Counted from the first letter of the stretch, positions 35,945 to 46,187 are shown. The stretch is DNA of 64,000 bases from Candidatus Krumholzibacteriia bacterium (GCA_041484665.1 JBGPIA010000001.1:416001-480000), one strand, 5' to 3'. The notes: generated by a model not told the origin, from the letters alone. Program-made: numbers and translations.

Positions 35945-38056
35945 TTGAACGGCACCGCTCCACCGCCGCGCAGGGCGCGGGCGCGCCTGGCGCTCGCAGT
36001 CGCTCTGGCCGGCCTGGGTCCGCTGCTGCTCGGGCTGGTCGTGTTCCGGCAGGGCATTCAGCTGCGCGACGACGGGCTCTGGTTGCTGGGCGCCCAGCTG
36101 CTCGGTCAGGGCGGTGTGCTCTATCGCGACCTGTTCGTCGCCGACGGCCCAGCGCGCTACGTGATGTTGGGGCCATTCCTCGCCGCCGCCGGGGGCAGCG
36201 CTCTGGGGCTCGTGTGGCTGAAGAGCGTCTGCAGCGCAGCGGCAGCGGCAGCGGGCTTCTGGGCGGCGCAGCGCACGGGCGCGGGCGCGCGCGCGTGGCT
36301 GGTGCCGCTGGGCGTCGTTGCGTTGGGGCCCCCACCGCCGTGGATCGTCACGCTGGGCGTGCTGGCGGTGCTCTTTGGCCATGCGCTCGACTGTGCGCGC
36401 GATCGGTGGCTCCCCCCGCGCTCGGCGCTGCTGTGGGGCTGCGCGTTCGGCACGCTGGGCTGGTTCGGCGCCGGCGCCGGGGTGGCGGGGGCGTTCGTGC
36501 TGCTGGCGAGCGCAGCCATCGCGCGCGCGGGCATCCTGCGGTCGCGCGCTCTCGCGGCGCGGCTGGCCGTGGGGCTGCTCGCGGTCGTCGCGCTTCCGCT
36601 GGCGCTGGCGGCGCTCTCGGGTGCGCTCGATACCGCGCTCTGGGACACGGTGGTGCACCCGCTGCGACAGTGGCAGCAGCAGATGGCGCACGGCGGCCTG
36701 CTCGCGTGGCTGCGCACGCTGCGCTCTGGCGCATGGCTCGACCTCCCCTTCGCCGAGCTCGCGACGGGCGAGCGGCTGGGCGCCGCCTGGCCCGCCCACG
36801 CTGCCCTGCGCTCGCTGGCCTTGCGGCTGCTGCTGCTGGCGATCTGGGTGGTGCCGCCGCTGGCGTTGAGTCTGCGGCGCCGCGGCGCGCAGGCCGGGAT
36901 CGAGGCGGGGTTGTGCGCATTCGCGCTGGCCGGATGGGGCGTGCTGGTACCCGCCGGCGGCCTCAATCACCTGCGCGCCGGCTGGCTGGGCTCGCTGTGG
37001 GTGCTCCCGGCCGTGCTGGCGCCGTCACGCCTGCCACCGCGCGCGCAGCCCGTGGGGCGCGCCGCAGCGTGGGTGCTCGCGCTGGGCGCGCTCGGTCCGC
37101 TAGCCGCCGAGCCGCTCTGGCTCGGGCTGCACGCGCGGCGCGCAACGCTGCAGACGTGGGAGCGCCCGCGGGCGGGCGTCCAGCTCTCCCCGGCGCGGGC
37201 GGAGGGCCTCGACGGCGTGCTCGCCGACATCGTCGCGCGGACGGGCGGCAACAACGGCACGCCCGCCGCGCCCGTGCTCATCTGGCCCGCGCAACCGGGG
37301 CTGCAGTTCCTGCTGGACGCGCCGCTGGCCACCGCGCAGGCGACCGTCGGGCCCGGAGAGGTGCGCGACCCAGCCAGCGTGATCGCCTCGTTGGACGCCT
37401 CGGCCCCGCCGGTCGCGCTGCTGAGTCCGGTGTTGAGCCACTCGCGCGACCAGCTGCGGGCTGACGCCCCGCAGCTGTGGAGTTATCTGCGTCGCAACTA
37501 CTCCCTGGTCGGGAACGTCGTCGACCGCCCCGACGAGTTCCGCGTGCTCGCGCGCGTGCCGGGCGGGCTGAAGGAGATGCTCGCCCTGCCGCTGCCGGCG
37601 CGGCTGCCCGACCTGGAGCAAGCGGTGGGAAATGACGCGAGCCCTGCCTTGGTCAAGGACGCCACCGTGGGGCAGAGCTTTCCCGTCGGCGACCTCGACC
37701 TGGCGGGGATCGCCGTACGCTGGCGCACGCGGCGGCCGGACGTGCACGCGCGCGTGCGCGTCGCGGTCTGGCTGCAGCGTGGCGGGAAGTTCGACACGCT
37801 GCTGGACTTCTTCGACGTCGACGTCACGATCGCGCGCGATCTCGACCGCAGCTTCCTGCGCTTCGGGCCGATCACCGGCACGGCCAACGGTACCGTCGCC
37901 GTGACCTTCGAGCTGCGCGACACCACGCCGCAGGAGATCCGTCTGCTGTGGCACCGCCATGACGCGACGCAGCACGTGGCCGACTTCCTCCCTGACGGAT
38001 CGGCGCTGGTGAACATGCAGCCGGTGGCGGCCGACCTCTACTTCTTCTCGTACTGA
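35945..38056 (+). CDS. Polytopic membrane protein, GT-C-like, with a C-terminal beta-rich extracytoplasmic domain
   Basis: After TM1, RDDG...GGVLYRDLF..GP. Multiple TM segments and a soluble C-terminus. Confidence 0.65.
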   Translation: MNGTAPPPRRARARLALAVALAGLGPLLLGLVVFRQGIQLRDDGLWLLGAQLLGQGGVLYRDLFVADGPARYVMLGPFLAAAGGSALGLVWLKSVCSAAAAAAGFWAAQRTGAGARAWLVPLGVVALGPPPPWIVTLGVLAVLFGHALDCARDRWLPPRSALLWGCAFGTLGWFGAGAGVAGAFVLLASAAIARAGILRSRALAARLAVGLLAVVALPLALAALSGALDTALWDTVVHPLRQWQQQMAHGGLLAWLRTLRSGAWLDLPFAELATGERLGAAWPAHAALRSLALRLLLLAIWVVPPLALSLRRRGAQAGIEAGLCAFALAGWGVLVPAGGLNHLRAGWLGSLWVLPAVLAPSRLPPRAQPVGRAAAWVLALGALGPLAAEPLWLGLHARRATLQTWERPRAGVQLSPARAEGLDGVLADIVARTGGNNGTPAAPVLIWPAQPGLQFLLDAPLATAQATVGPGEVRDPASVIASLDASAPPVALLSPVLSHSRDQLRADAPQLWSYLRRNYSLVGNVVDRPDEFRVLARVPGGLKEMLALPLPARLPDLEQAVGNDASPALVKDATVGQSFPVGDLDLAGIAVRWRTRRPDVHARVRVAVWLQRGGKFDTLLDFFDVDVTIARDLDRSFLRFGPITGTANGTVAVTFELRDTTPQEIRLLWHRHDATQHVADFLPDGSALVNMQPVAADLYFFSY

Positions 38057-38226
38057 TCGCGCGGTATTCGTGCGAAACGCCCGCGCCGCGAGCGGACACG
38101 CTCGATGGGCGCGCGGCGAGTGCGCACCAGATTCTGCTCCGCTCGCCCGCGTCGCGCCAGCGCAGGACTCTCCGCGGCAGGATCGACCTGGCCGGGTGCG
38201 CGGCGCGGCGGTAGACTCCGCGCGCC

Positions 38227-39375
38227 ATGACCGAGGCGGCTCCTTCCTCCCGCGATCCCGCGCCCGGCTCCCCCGTCTCCCCCGTCGCCGAGCTGCGCCG
38301 CCGCGCGCTGGCCGTTGGGTTCGGGATCATCGCCCTCGTGCTGTTCACCCTGCTGGTGGTGATCTATGCGCCGGTGGCGCGGCCGATCCTGTGGGCCGCA
38401 GCGCTTGCAACCCTCTTCTTCCCGCTGCACCGGCGAATCCTGGCCCTGGTGGGCGGGCGCGCGCGGTTGGCCGCGACCATCTCCACGGTGCTGACGCTGG
38501 CGATCTTCGCCGTACCAGCCTGGCTGTTCGTGACCCGCTTCATTACCGAGGTGCGCGACCTGTGGCCGGCGATTCGCGCCTCCATGGGCTCGGAAGCATT
38601 CCAGCGCATCGCAACTTGGATCGACCATTCGCGACTGCGCCCGGCGCTCGTGTGGGTGCTCCCCGAGCAGGCGCGCCTGGGACCGCAGGGGATCGAGGAG
38701 AGCCTGCGGCAGGTCGTCTCGGGCTTCTCCGAGCTGGCCGTCAGTCATGTGCGCGAAATCGGCCGCAACGTGCCCGGCACTGCCGTCGGCGCTGGCATGA
38801 CGGTGGTCACCTACTTCTTCTTCTTGCGTCATGGCCCGGGCTGGCTGGCGCAGTTGCAGCGCGGGCTCCCCTTGGAGCCCGAGCTGGCCGCGCACCTGCT
38901 GCGCCTGGCCGGCCAGACGATCAATGCGGTGTTCCGCGGTGTGGTCATCACGGCAGTCGTGCAGGCGTTCCTGGCCGGCGTGGGCTACGCCGTGGCGGGA
39001 GCTCCGGTCCCCGTCGTGATGGGCACCATCACGCTGATCGCGGCGCTGATCCCGTTCGTGGGCCCGGTGGTGATCTGGCTCCCGATTGCCGTGGGTCTCA
39101 TGTTGACCGGGCACATGGCCGCCGGCGTCGGCCTGTTCCTGTGGGGCACGCTGGTGGTGAGCCTGGTGGACAACACGTTGCGTCCTTGGCTGATCGGACG
39201 TGAGACCAAGCTGCCGATCCTGTGGCTGTTCCTGGCCATCCTGGGCGGCCTGCGCGCGTTCGGGTTCCTGGGGCTGCTGCTGGGGCCGGCAGTGCTGGCG
39301 CTGTTCTTGGCCTGCTACCGCGTCTACAGCGAGTCCCGGCGGCCCGAGGTGGCTGGCCCCCCGGGCTCCCCATGA
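38227..39375 (+). CDS. AI-2E family transporter
   Basis: Motifs PILWAAALA, FFFLRHG, LIPFVG, VDNTLRP and GFLGLLLGP. Confidence 0.92.
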   Translation: MTEAAPSSRDPAPGSPVSPVAELRRRALAVGFGIIALVLFTLLVVIYAPVARPILWAAALATLFFPLHRRILALVGGRARLAATISTVLTLAIFAVPAWLFVTRFITEVRDLWPAIRASMGSEAFQRIATWIDHSRLRPALVWVLPEQARLGPQGIEESLRQVVSGFSELAVSHVREIGRNVPGTAVGAGMTVVTYFFFLRHGPGWLAQLQRGLPLEPELAAHLLRLAGQTINAVFRGVVITAVVQAFLAGVGYAVAGAPVPVVMGTITLIAALIPFVGPVVIWLPIAVGLMLTGHMAAGVGLFLWGTLVVSLVDNTLRPWLIGRETKLPILWLFLAILGGLRAFGFLGLLLGPAVLALFLACYRVYSESRRPEVAGPPGSP

Positions 39376-39420
39376 CCGTTTCCCCGGCGACGCCGGGCTT
39401 GCGACCGAATGGTGAGCACG

Positions 39421-40221
39421 ATGAGCACGACGCGGGACCTGGACGGACGGATCGAGACCCGCCACATCGCCGTCACCGGCGCCGGCACGGGAATCGGCCG
39501 GGCCATCGCCCTGCGCCTGGCGCGCGAGGGCCCACGCCTGAGCTTGATGGCACGCGACGTGGCGCGGCTGCAGGAGGCGGGCGAGGAGGCACGGCGCGCG
39601 GGGGCCGCCGGCGTAGCCTGGTGGCGTTGCGACATCCGCGCGCAGGCGCAGGTGGATGAAGCGTTCGCCGCCGCGGCGCGCGAGCACGGGCCGCTCCACG
39701 CGCTGATCGCCAACAGCGGCATCGGCGGCGCCAACGCGCCGGGCCCAGGCGACCGCTTCGACGAGCTCGTCTCCACCAACCTCAGCGGCACGTACTACTG
39801 CCTGCGCGCAGCGCAGCGGCAGCTCGCGCCCGGCCCGGGCGTGCGCCATCTGGTGGCAATCAGCTCCGTGCTGGCGCGCTTCGGCGTGCCTGGCCACACG
39901 GGCTATTGTGCAGCCAAGGCCGGCGTGTTGGGGCTGGTGCGCGCGCTGGCCCACGAGCTGGCGCAGGACAACGTGCAGGTTAACGCTCTCTGTCCGGGGT
40001 GGGTCGATACCGCGATGGCTGCCCGCGGCATCCGGGAGATCGCGGAGGGTCTGAAGACCAGCTACGACGTCGCCCGGCGCCGTGCTGTCGGCGCCGTGCC
40101 GCTGCGACGCATGAGCGAGCCGAAGGACGTGGCCGGCGTGGTGGCCTGGCTCCTGTCCGAGGACGCGCGCGGCATCACCGGGCAGGCGATCGACGTCAAC
40201 AACGGCGCCTGGATGGGCTGA
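39421..40221 (+). CDS. SDR family oxidoreductase
   Basis: Motifs TGAGTGIG, NSG, SS, YCAAK and CPGWVDT. Start is 39409 or 39421. Confidence 0.92.
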   Translation: MSTTRDLDGRIETRHIAVTGAGTGIGRAIALRLAREGPRLSLMARDVARLQEAGEEARRAGAAGVAWWRCDIRAQAQVDEAFAAAAREHGPLHALIANSGIGGANAPGPGDRFDELVSTNLSGTYYCLRAAQRQLAPGPGVRHLVAISSVLARFGVPGHTGYCAAKAGVLGLVRALAHELAQDNVQVNALCPGWVDTAMAARGIREIAEGLKTSYDVARRRAVGAVPLRRMSEPKDVAGVVAWLLSEDARGITGQAIDVNNGAWMG

Positions 40222-40316
40222 GCGGCGCCGCGCCGCCCGTCCTGCCCGCGGCTGGCGGGCTCGCCGCGAGTTTTCCTGCGAGCAGCCTGCGCGCTCGCCT
40301 GCTATCTTGGTCCGCC

Positions 40317-41600
40317 ATGGATGCTTCAACGACCCCCAGCAAAGGCGCGGCTCGCGGCCCCCTGCTGGTTGTCTTCCTCACGGTCTTCATCGACCTGCTG
40401 GGATTCGGCATCGTCATCCCGCTGTTGCCGATCTACTCGAAGGCGTACGGGGCCAGCGAGCTGCAGCTCGGCCTGCTCTTCTCCTCGTTCTCGGCGATGC
40501 AGCTGTTGTTCGCGCCGATGTGGGGACGTGTCTCCGATCGCTGGGGCCGGCGGCCCGTCATGATCGGCGGGCTGTTGGGAACGGCCGCATCGTACTTCGT
40601 GTTCGGCCTGGCGCGCTCGCTGCCGCTCTTGTTCGCCTCGCGCATGCTGGCGGGCTTCTTCGGCGCCAACGTTTCGACGGCGCAGGCCTACATCGCCGAC
40701 GTCACGCAGGCCAAGGACCGCGCCAAGGGCATGGGGCTGGTGGGCGCGGCCTTCGGGCTGGGGTTCACCTTCGGGCCGCTGCTGGGCGGCGAGCTGGTGC
40801 GTGTGTCGCTCAGCATGCCCGGGTTCGTGGCCGCGGCGCTGTCGCTGACCGCAGCGACAGTGGGTTTCTTCCGGCTCACCGAGCCGCCGGGGCGCCGCGG
40901 CGGCTCCTCGCGCATCTTCTCGCTGGACACCTTGGGCGTGGCGCTGCGTGACGGGCGCATCGGCATGATCCTGCTGCTCTATTTCCTGGCGATCCTGGCC
41001 TTCTCCGCCTTCGAGTCCATGTTCATCCGGTTCGGGCTGGCGCGCTTCCCGGACGTGTTCCGGGTCGCCGGTTCGCTCACGGGGTCCACCACCGAGCAGG
41101 TGATGGCCGCCGCGCCCATCGCTGGACGCTACATGTTCTTCATCGGGCTCGTGTCGGCGGTGATCCAGGGCGGGTTGATCCGGCGCCTCGTGCCGCGCTT
41201 CGGGGAGAGCGGATTGATCGTCGCCGGTCCCTTCCTGCTGGCAGCGTCTCTGCTGACCATCGCGGCGGCGCCCACCTGGCCGATCGTCATCGTCGGCTGC
41301 GCCTTGATGCCGTTGGGCTTCGGGATCAATAACCCCTCACTCAACGGGCTGCTCTCCCGCGCCGCGCCGCAGGACGAGCAGGGGGCGTTCTTAGGCCTGA
41401 ACCAGTCGCTGGCGAGCCTGGCCCGCGTGGTGGGGCCGGTGATGGCCGCGACGGCGTTCCAGCTGCGCGGGCCTCGCAGCCCGTTCTTCATCTCGTCGGG
41501 GATCCTGTTGGTAGCCACCGCGCTGGCCGCCGACTTCCGCCGGCGCTTCGGGCGCCAGATCGAGCAGCAGATCCACGAGCCGGTCGTGACCGAGTTCTGA
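40317..41600 (+). CDS. MFS transporter (DHA1/TetA-like)
   Basis: Motifs DLLGFGIVIP, GRVSDRWGRRPV, AYIADVT and GFTFGP; 12 TM segments. Confidence 0.92.
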   Translation: MDASTTPSKGAARGPLLVVFLTVFIDLLGFGIVIPLLPIYSKAYGASELQLGLLFSSFSAMQLLFAPMWGRVSDRWGRRPVMIGGLLGTAASYFVFGLARSLPLLFASRMLAGFFGANVSTAQAYIADVTQAKDRAKGMGLVGAAFGLGFTFGPLLGGELVRVSLSMPGFVAAALSLTAATVGFFRLTEPPGRRGGSSRIFSLDTLGVALRDGRIGMILLLYFLAILAFSAFESMFIRFGLARFPDVFRVAGSLTGSTTEQVMAAAPIAGRYMFFIGLVSAVIQGGLIRRLVPRFGESGLIVAGPFLLAASLLTIAAAPTWPIVIVGCALMPLGFGINNPSLNGLLSRAAPQDEQGAFLGLNQSLASLARVVGPVMAATAFQLRGPRSPFFISSGILLVATALAADFRRRFGRQIEQQIHEPVVTEF

Positions 41601-41706
41601 GGGCGGTAGCACGCGGCGGCCGGCACCGGACGCTTGCGCGGCGCGCGTGCCCTGCGCGCCAGCGCGGGGACTCAGCACGCAACGACGGCGGAGCGGGCGC
41701 TGCGGC

Positions 41707-43362
41707 TCAGCTCGCCTGCGCCGCTCCCAGCTTCACCTGGCGGCAGTCCGCGATCTCCTCGATCGCGCGCAGCTCGCCCAGTACTGCCGGCGGGACCGGC
41801 TCGTCCACTTGCCAGAGGCTGATGGCGTGCTGCGGCTGGTCGCCGCGCCCCAGGCGCATCTCGCCGATATTGATGCCGCGCTCGCCCAGCAGCGTCCCCA
41901 CCTTGCCCATGACGCCCGGCACGTCGGCGTTGGTCATCACCAGCAGATTGCCGATGGCTTGCACGTCCATCCAATAGCTGTCCACGCGCACGATGCGCGG
42001 GCTGCGCGGCGCCAGTACGCCCCCATCGACCTGGTGCCAGCGTGCGCCGTCGTGCACCCGGGTGCACACCAGCAGCGGGTAGATCGGGTGCGCCGGCCCG
42101 CGGCCCTCGGTGACGGCCAGCCCGCGGTCGTTGGCCTTGAGCCGCGCGTTGACCGCGTTGACCTCCTCGCCGCACGCCTGGCGCAGCAGGCCGGACAGGA
42201 AGGCCTGCGTCAGCGGCGCGACGTCGACGGGCTCATCGCCGGCTGCCTCGACCTCCACGCGGGTGGGGGCTCCGTCGAGCAGCCCTGCCTGGAACCGGCC
42301 CAGACGCTCGGCCAGGTCCATCAGCGGGGCGAGCGCGCGCAGATTGGCCGCTGCGTACGGCAGGTTGACCGCGTGGGAGAGGTCGCCGTCACGCAGGAAG
42401 GCAGTCAGCGCCTCGGCGATCGTGACGCTGACGTTCTCGGTGGCCTCCCGCGTGGAGGCCCCCAGGTGCGGTGTATGGACCACGTTGCGCAGCCCCACCA
42501 GCGGGCTACCGGCGGGCGGCTCCTGGGCGAACACGTCCAGCGCCGCGCCGGCCAGCCGGCCGCCGCGCAGCGCGTCGGCGAGGGCCTGCTCGTCGATCAG
42601 CCCTCCGCGCGCGCAGTTGACCACCAGGGCGGTGGGCTTGAGGCGCGCGAGTCGCGCTGCCGACAGGATCTCGCGCGTGCTCTCCGTCAGCGGCACGTGT
42701 AGCGTCACGACGTCGGCCGTGGCCAGCAGCAGGTCGAGCTCGATCTTCTCCACGCCCAGCGTCCGCGCGCGCTCGTCGGAGAGGTACGGGTCGTAGCAGA
42801 GCACGTGCATGTCGAAGGCGCGGGCGCGCACGGCCACAAGGCTGCCGATCTTGCCCAGGCCGATGATCCCCAGGCGCTTGCCCGCCAGCTCGGTGCCGAC
42901 GAACTCGTGGCGTTTCCACTCCCCGCGCGCCAGCGACGCATGGGCGGCGGCCACGTGCCGAGCCAGCGAGAGCAGCAGCGCGAAGCTGTGCTCGGCGGCG
43001 GCCAGGGCGTTGCCTCCCGGGGTGTTCATCACTGCTATGCCCCGGCGCGTCGCCGCCTCGACGTCCACATTATCCAGGCCCACACCCGCCCGGGCGATCG
43101 CGCGCAGGCAGGGTGCCGCGTCGATCAGCGCGCGGTCGACCTTGGTGCCGCTGCGCACCAGGATGGCATCGGCGATGGCGAGCTGACGCTGCAGCGCGTC
43201 GCCCTCCAGCCGGTCGCCGCGCACGACGCTGAGTCCGGCCTGCGCGAGCAGCGCCAGACCGCGGTCGGCCACCGGCTCGAGCACCAGGACGATGGGCCCC
43301 TCGCCAGCGGGAAGGTCGCCGCCGACCGGACGGTCCGCGGGCTGCGAGCGCGCTGCGCTCAT
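41707..43362 (-). CDS. serA: D-3-phosphoglycerate dehydrogenase (long form, ASB + ACT)
   Basis: Motifs VRSGTKV, RAGVGLDNVD, AAEH, GLGKIG, NCARGG, TPHLGAST and the ACT-domain NADVPG. Confidence 0.93.
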   Translation of the reverse strand: MSAARSQPADRPVGGDLPAGEGPIVLVLEPVADRGLALLAQAGLSVVRGDRLEGDALQRQLAIADAILVRSGTKVDRALIDAAPCLRAIARAGVGLDNVDVEAATRRGIAVMNTPGGNALAAAEHSFALLLSLARHVAAAHASLARGEWKRHEFVGTELAGKRLGIIGLGKIGSLVAVRARAFDMHVLCYDPYLSDERARTLGVEKIELDLLLATADVVTLHVPLTESTREILSAARLARLKPTALVVNCARGGLIDEQALADALRGGRLAGAALDVFAQEPPAGSPLVGLRNVVHTPHLGASTREATENVSVTIAEALTAFLRDGDLSHAVNLPYAAANLRALAPLMDLAERLGRFQAGLLDGAPTRVEVEAAGDEPVDVAPLTQAFLSGLLRQACGEEVNAVNARLKANDRGLAVTEGRGPAHPIYPLLVCTRVHDGARWHQVDGGVLAPRSPRIVRVDSYWMDVQAIGNLLVMTNADVPGVMGKVGTLLGERGINIGEMRLGRGDQPQHAISLWQVDEPVPPAVLGELRAIEEIADCRQVKLGAAQAS

Positions 43363-44459
43363 GAGCGCGGCCCACCCAGGGTGGCAAGCTCCTCGTCGAA
43401 GACCGCGAGCATCTCGCGCAGGAGCGAGGGGGTGATCTCGCCCATGTGGCCCACGCGGAAGACCTCCCCCTTGGTCTTGCCGTACCCACCGCCCACCACG
43501 TAGCCGCGCTTGCGCACGGCCGACAGGACGGCGCCCAGGTCTACGCCATTGCCGCGCAGAGTCGTGAGCGTGACGCTGCGGAAGCCCTCCTGGGCGAAGG
43601 GCGGGAAGCGCCCCTGTGCCCAGGTCAGCACCTGGTCGCGCATGGCGCGGTGACGCGCGTAGCGTGAGGGCAGCCCTTCGGACTCGATGCGGTCCAGGGC
43701 GGCCTCCAGCTGGTAGAGCAGGCTGATGGCCGGTGTGGCGGGGGTCTGCGCCTTGTCGAGGTACTTCTGGTGCTCGACCCAGTCGAAGTAGTAGCCCTTG
43801 CCTGGCGCCTGCGCGCTGCGCCGGAGCGCCGCCGGTGAGACCGCGCACAGCGTCATGCCCGGGGGGAGCCCCCACGCCTTCTGCGTCCCGGCGAAACACA
43901 CGTCCACACCCCATTCATCCAGGCGCAGCTCGACGGCGGCCATGGAGCTGACCGTGTCCACCAGCAGCAGCACGTCGTCCTGCTCCTTCACGGCGAGCGC
44001 GAGCTCGGGCAGCGGATTCATCACGCCCGTGGAGGTCTCGTTGTGCACGAGCGTGACCGCGTGGTAGCGCTTGGCCCGCAGCGCGCGTCGCACCTCGCCC
44101 GGATCGTGCACCTGGCCCCACGGTACTTCCAGCACGTCGCCGTCCAGGGCGCAGGCCTGGCGGATGCTAGCCCACCGCTCGCTGAAGGCCCCGCACACCA
44201 GGTGCAGGAACCGGCCGGGCGCCGCGTTGCGCACCGCCCCCTCCATGGCGCCGGTGGCCGAGCACGCCAGCGGGAATACGCTGACGCTCGTTCCCATCAC
44301 GGGCGCGACGCGCGCGAGCGTGCGGCGCAAGAGCTCACCGATCTCCGGGCCGCGATGGCCGATCATCGGACGCGCTCCCGCGCGCGCCACATCGGGGTGC
44401 ACCTCGGTGGGGCCCGGGATGAACAGGATCGGGTGGTCCGGGGCGGATGGCTTGGACAC
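43359..44459 (-). CDS. Class V PLP aminotransferase (alanine-glyoxylate/serine-pyruvate family), probable phosphoserine aminotransferase role
   Basis: Motifs FIPGPT, HR, SATGAME, HNETSTG, VDTVSS, GTQKAWGLPPG and FRVGHMG. ATGA-coupled to serA. Confidence 0.9.
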   Translation of the reverse strand: MSKPSAPDHPILFIPGPTEVHPDVARAGARPMIGHRGPEIGELLRRTLARVAPVMGTSVSVFPLACSATGAMEGAVRNAAPGRFLHLVCGAFSERWASIRQACALDGDVLEVPWGQVHDPGEVRRALRAKRYHAVTLVHNETSTGVMNPLPELALAVKEQDDVLLLVDTVSSMAAVELRLDEWGVDVCFAGTQKAWGLPPGMTLCAVSPAALRRSAQAPGKGYYFDWVEHQKYLDKAQTPATPAISLLYQLEAALDRIESEGLPSRYARHRAMRDQVLTWAQGRFPPFAQEGFRSVTLTTLRGNGVDLGAVLSAVRKRGYVVGGGYGKTKGEVFRVGHMGEITPSLLREMLAVFDEELATLGGPRS

Positions 44460-44468
44460 TCTGCCTCG

Positions 44469-45215
44469 CTACTTCTTGCGCAGCGCGGCCAGCGCCGCGG
44501 CGATGCGGGCCTGGGCCTCGTCGCTGAACCACAGGTCCAGCCAGGCCTCCTCGTCCGCCCGCGCCTCATCCATGGCGGCCAGCGTGGGCGCGTGGAGGCG
44601 GCCCTTGATGTCGGAGAACGCGCGCACCGAGGGTGTGAATTTCACGATCAGGTCGCAAGCGGTGGGCCCCAGCTCCGACTCGTCGGGAACGAGGTCGAGC
44701 ACCCCCATGTCGTAGGCCTTGTAGCCGGGGTAGAGGCGCCCTGAATAGAGCACCCGCTCCAGTACGGGGCGCGGGAGCGCGTAGCGCGCCACCTCCACCG
44801 CCCAGCCAGGCACCGAGAGCCCCAGGGCGATCTCGCTGAGGCCCCAGCGGCCTTCGCCACCGCACATCATGCGCACGTCGCAGCACAGCGAGAGCACCGC
44901 GCCCCCGGCGATGGTGTGCCCATTGAGGGCAGCGACCACCGGGCGCGGGAAGCTGAACAGTCCACGGCCCACCGCGTAGAGCGCCTCGAGCAGGTCGCGC
45001 ATACCGGCGCGGTCCAGGGCGAGAGCCACCTGCAGGTCCAGCCCGGCGCAGAAGGTCTTGCCTGCGGAGGTCAGCACCAGGCCGCGCGGCAGCGCCCGCC
45101 GCGCGTCCGCCAGCGTGGTGGCGATCGCCCGCAGAAACTCCGTGGACAACGAGTTGCCCTTCCCGCGGGTCAGGACGAGGGTGAGGATGTCATCGTGGGT
45201 CTGCGTCTGGATCAT
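44469..45215 (-). CDS. Enoyl-CoA hydratase/isomerase family (delta-isomerase-like)
   Basis: Motifs FCAGLDL, PVVAALNGHTIAGG and GLSEIALG. Confidence 0.88.
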   Translation of the reverse strand: MIQTQTHDDILTLVLTRGKGNSLSTEFLRAIATTLADARRALPRGLVLTSAGKTFCAGLDLQVALALDRAGMRDLLEALYAVGRGLFSFPRPVVAALNGHTIAGGAVLSLCCDVRMMCGGEGRWGLSEIALGLSVPGWAVEVARYALPRPVLERVLYSGRLYPGYKAYDMGVLDLVPDESELGPTACDLIVKFTPSVRAFSDIKGRLHAPTLAAMDEARADEEAWLDLWFSDEAQARIAAALAALRKK

Positions 45216-46110
45216 GCGGCCCCTCCGGGCCTCGCGGGTTGCAGGGCACTAGTTTCGCGCCGCGGCGGTCCTGGCGCCAGCCCACAGCGTCTGCGCTCAT
45301 CGCCGCATCCCCGGGCGGCAGACCCGGCGGACGCCGGCGCAAGCCCGCCCGCGCCTCGCGCAGCAGCGCCTGGGTCGCCGGGTCGAACCACACGTCCAGC
45401 CAGGCGCGCGCACCGGGCGCCTGCGATCCCTCCGCCGCCAGTGTCTCCAGCCGCTCGATGGCGGCGCCACGCACGCGTACCTTGGCAGCGGCGTAGGCGG
45501 AGCCAGGCCCCGCCCCCAGCTCGCGCGCCTTCTGCCGCGCGCGCTCCGCCAGACAGTCGGCGGGAACCGGCTCCTCCACCAACTCCAACTGGGCCGCCTC
45601 GACGGGATCGAGACGCCGGCCGCGGTAGAGCAGGCGCTCGACGTGACAGGGAGCCAGCGCCGCGCGCAGCACCTCCACCGCGACGTCGGGGTAGGCCACG
45701 CCCAGTCGGATCCCGTGGATCCCGAAGGAGATGGGCGCGTCTGCGATCAGGCGCGCGTCGCAGGCCAACGCCAACAGCGCGCCCCCCGCCAGGGCGTGGC
45801 CCCCGATTTCCGCCACCACAGGACCTGGATACGCGAAGCAGGCCAGTAGGGCGTGATGGAAATCGAGCATCAGCTCTCCCATCTCCGCGCGATCGAGCCG
45901 GGCGGCCTGGTGGAGGTCCAACCCGGTGCAGAACGCTGCCCCGAGGGCCCCAAGCACCACGGGCGGTGCGCCCGCACCACGGGCCTGCGCGAAGGCGCGG
46001 GCCAGGGCCTGCAGGGTCTCGCGGTCCAGCGCGTTGCCGCGCCCGCGGCACAGCGCAAGCGTAACGAGGCCATCCTCGCGCTCGACCCGGAGGCGTTCCT
46101 GGGCAACCAT
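45190..46110 (-). CDS. Enoyl-CoA hydratase/isomerase family paralog, catalytic Glu apparently absent
   Basis: Motifs FCTGLDL, PVVAEIGGHALAGG and ACD; FGIHGIRLG occupies the position of the neighbour's WGLSEIALG. Confidence 0.82.
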   Translation of the reverse strand: MVAQERLRVEREDGLVTLALCRGRGNALDRETLQALARAFAQARGAGAPPVVLGALGAAFCTGLDLHQAARLDRAEMGELMLDFHHALLACFAYPGPVVAEIGGHALAGGALLALACDARLIADAPISFGIHGIRLGVAYPDVAVEVLRAALAPCHVERLLYRGRRLDPVEAAQLELVEEPVPADCLAERARQKARELGAGPGSAYAAAKVRVRGAAIERLETLAAEGSQAPGARAWLDVWFDPATQALLREARAGLRRRPPGLPPGDAAMSADAVGWRQDRRGAKLVPCNPRGPEGPHDPDADPR

Positions 46111-46121
46111 GGCCTCGTGAG

Positions 46122-46187
46122 GGAACCTGCGGCGCGCGCCGACGTCAAGGGCCGCGTCGTGCAACCCAGCGGCCCGCGCGCGCGTCT
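46122..46187 (+). promoter_or_regulatory. Two tandem candidate ECF-sigma promoters upstream of the DUF4097 genes
   Basis: GGAACC-N15-CGTC (46122-46146) and TGCAAC-N17-CGTC (46160-46186). Confidence 0.4.

Noticed and set aside
34771..36057. N-terminal extension making the GT4 an 800-aa protein
   Set aside because: It is antisense to the MDR gene; the GT4 domain begins at ATG 34770.
38038..40329. 763-aa minus-strand ORF
   Set aside because: It is antisense to the AI-2E transporter and SDR genes.
41707..44459. serA paired with a class V aminotransferase instead of serC
   Set aside because: This is a well-known arrangement in many bacteria and archaea, so it is not novel.
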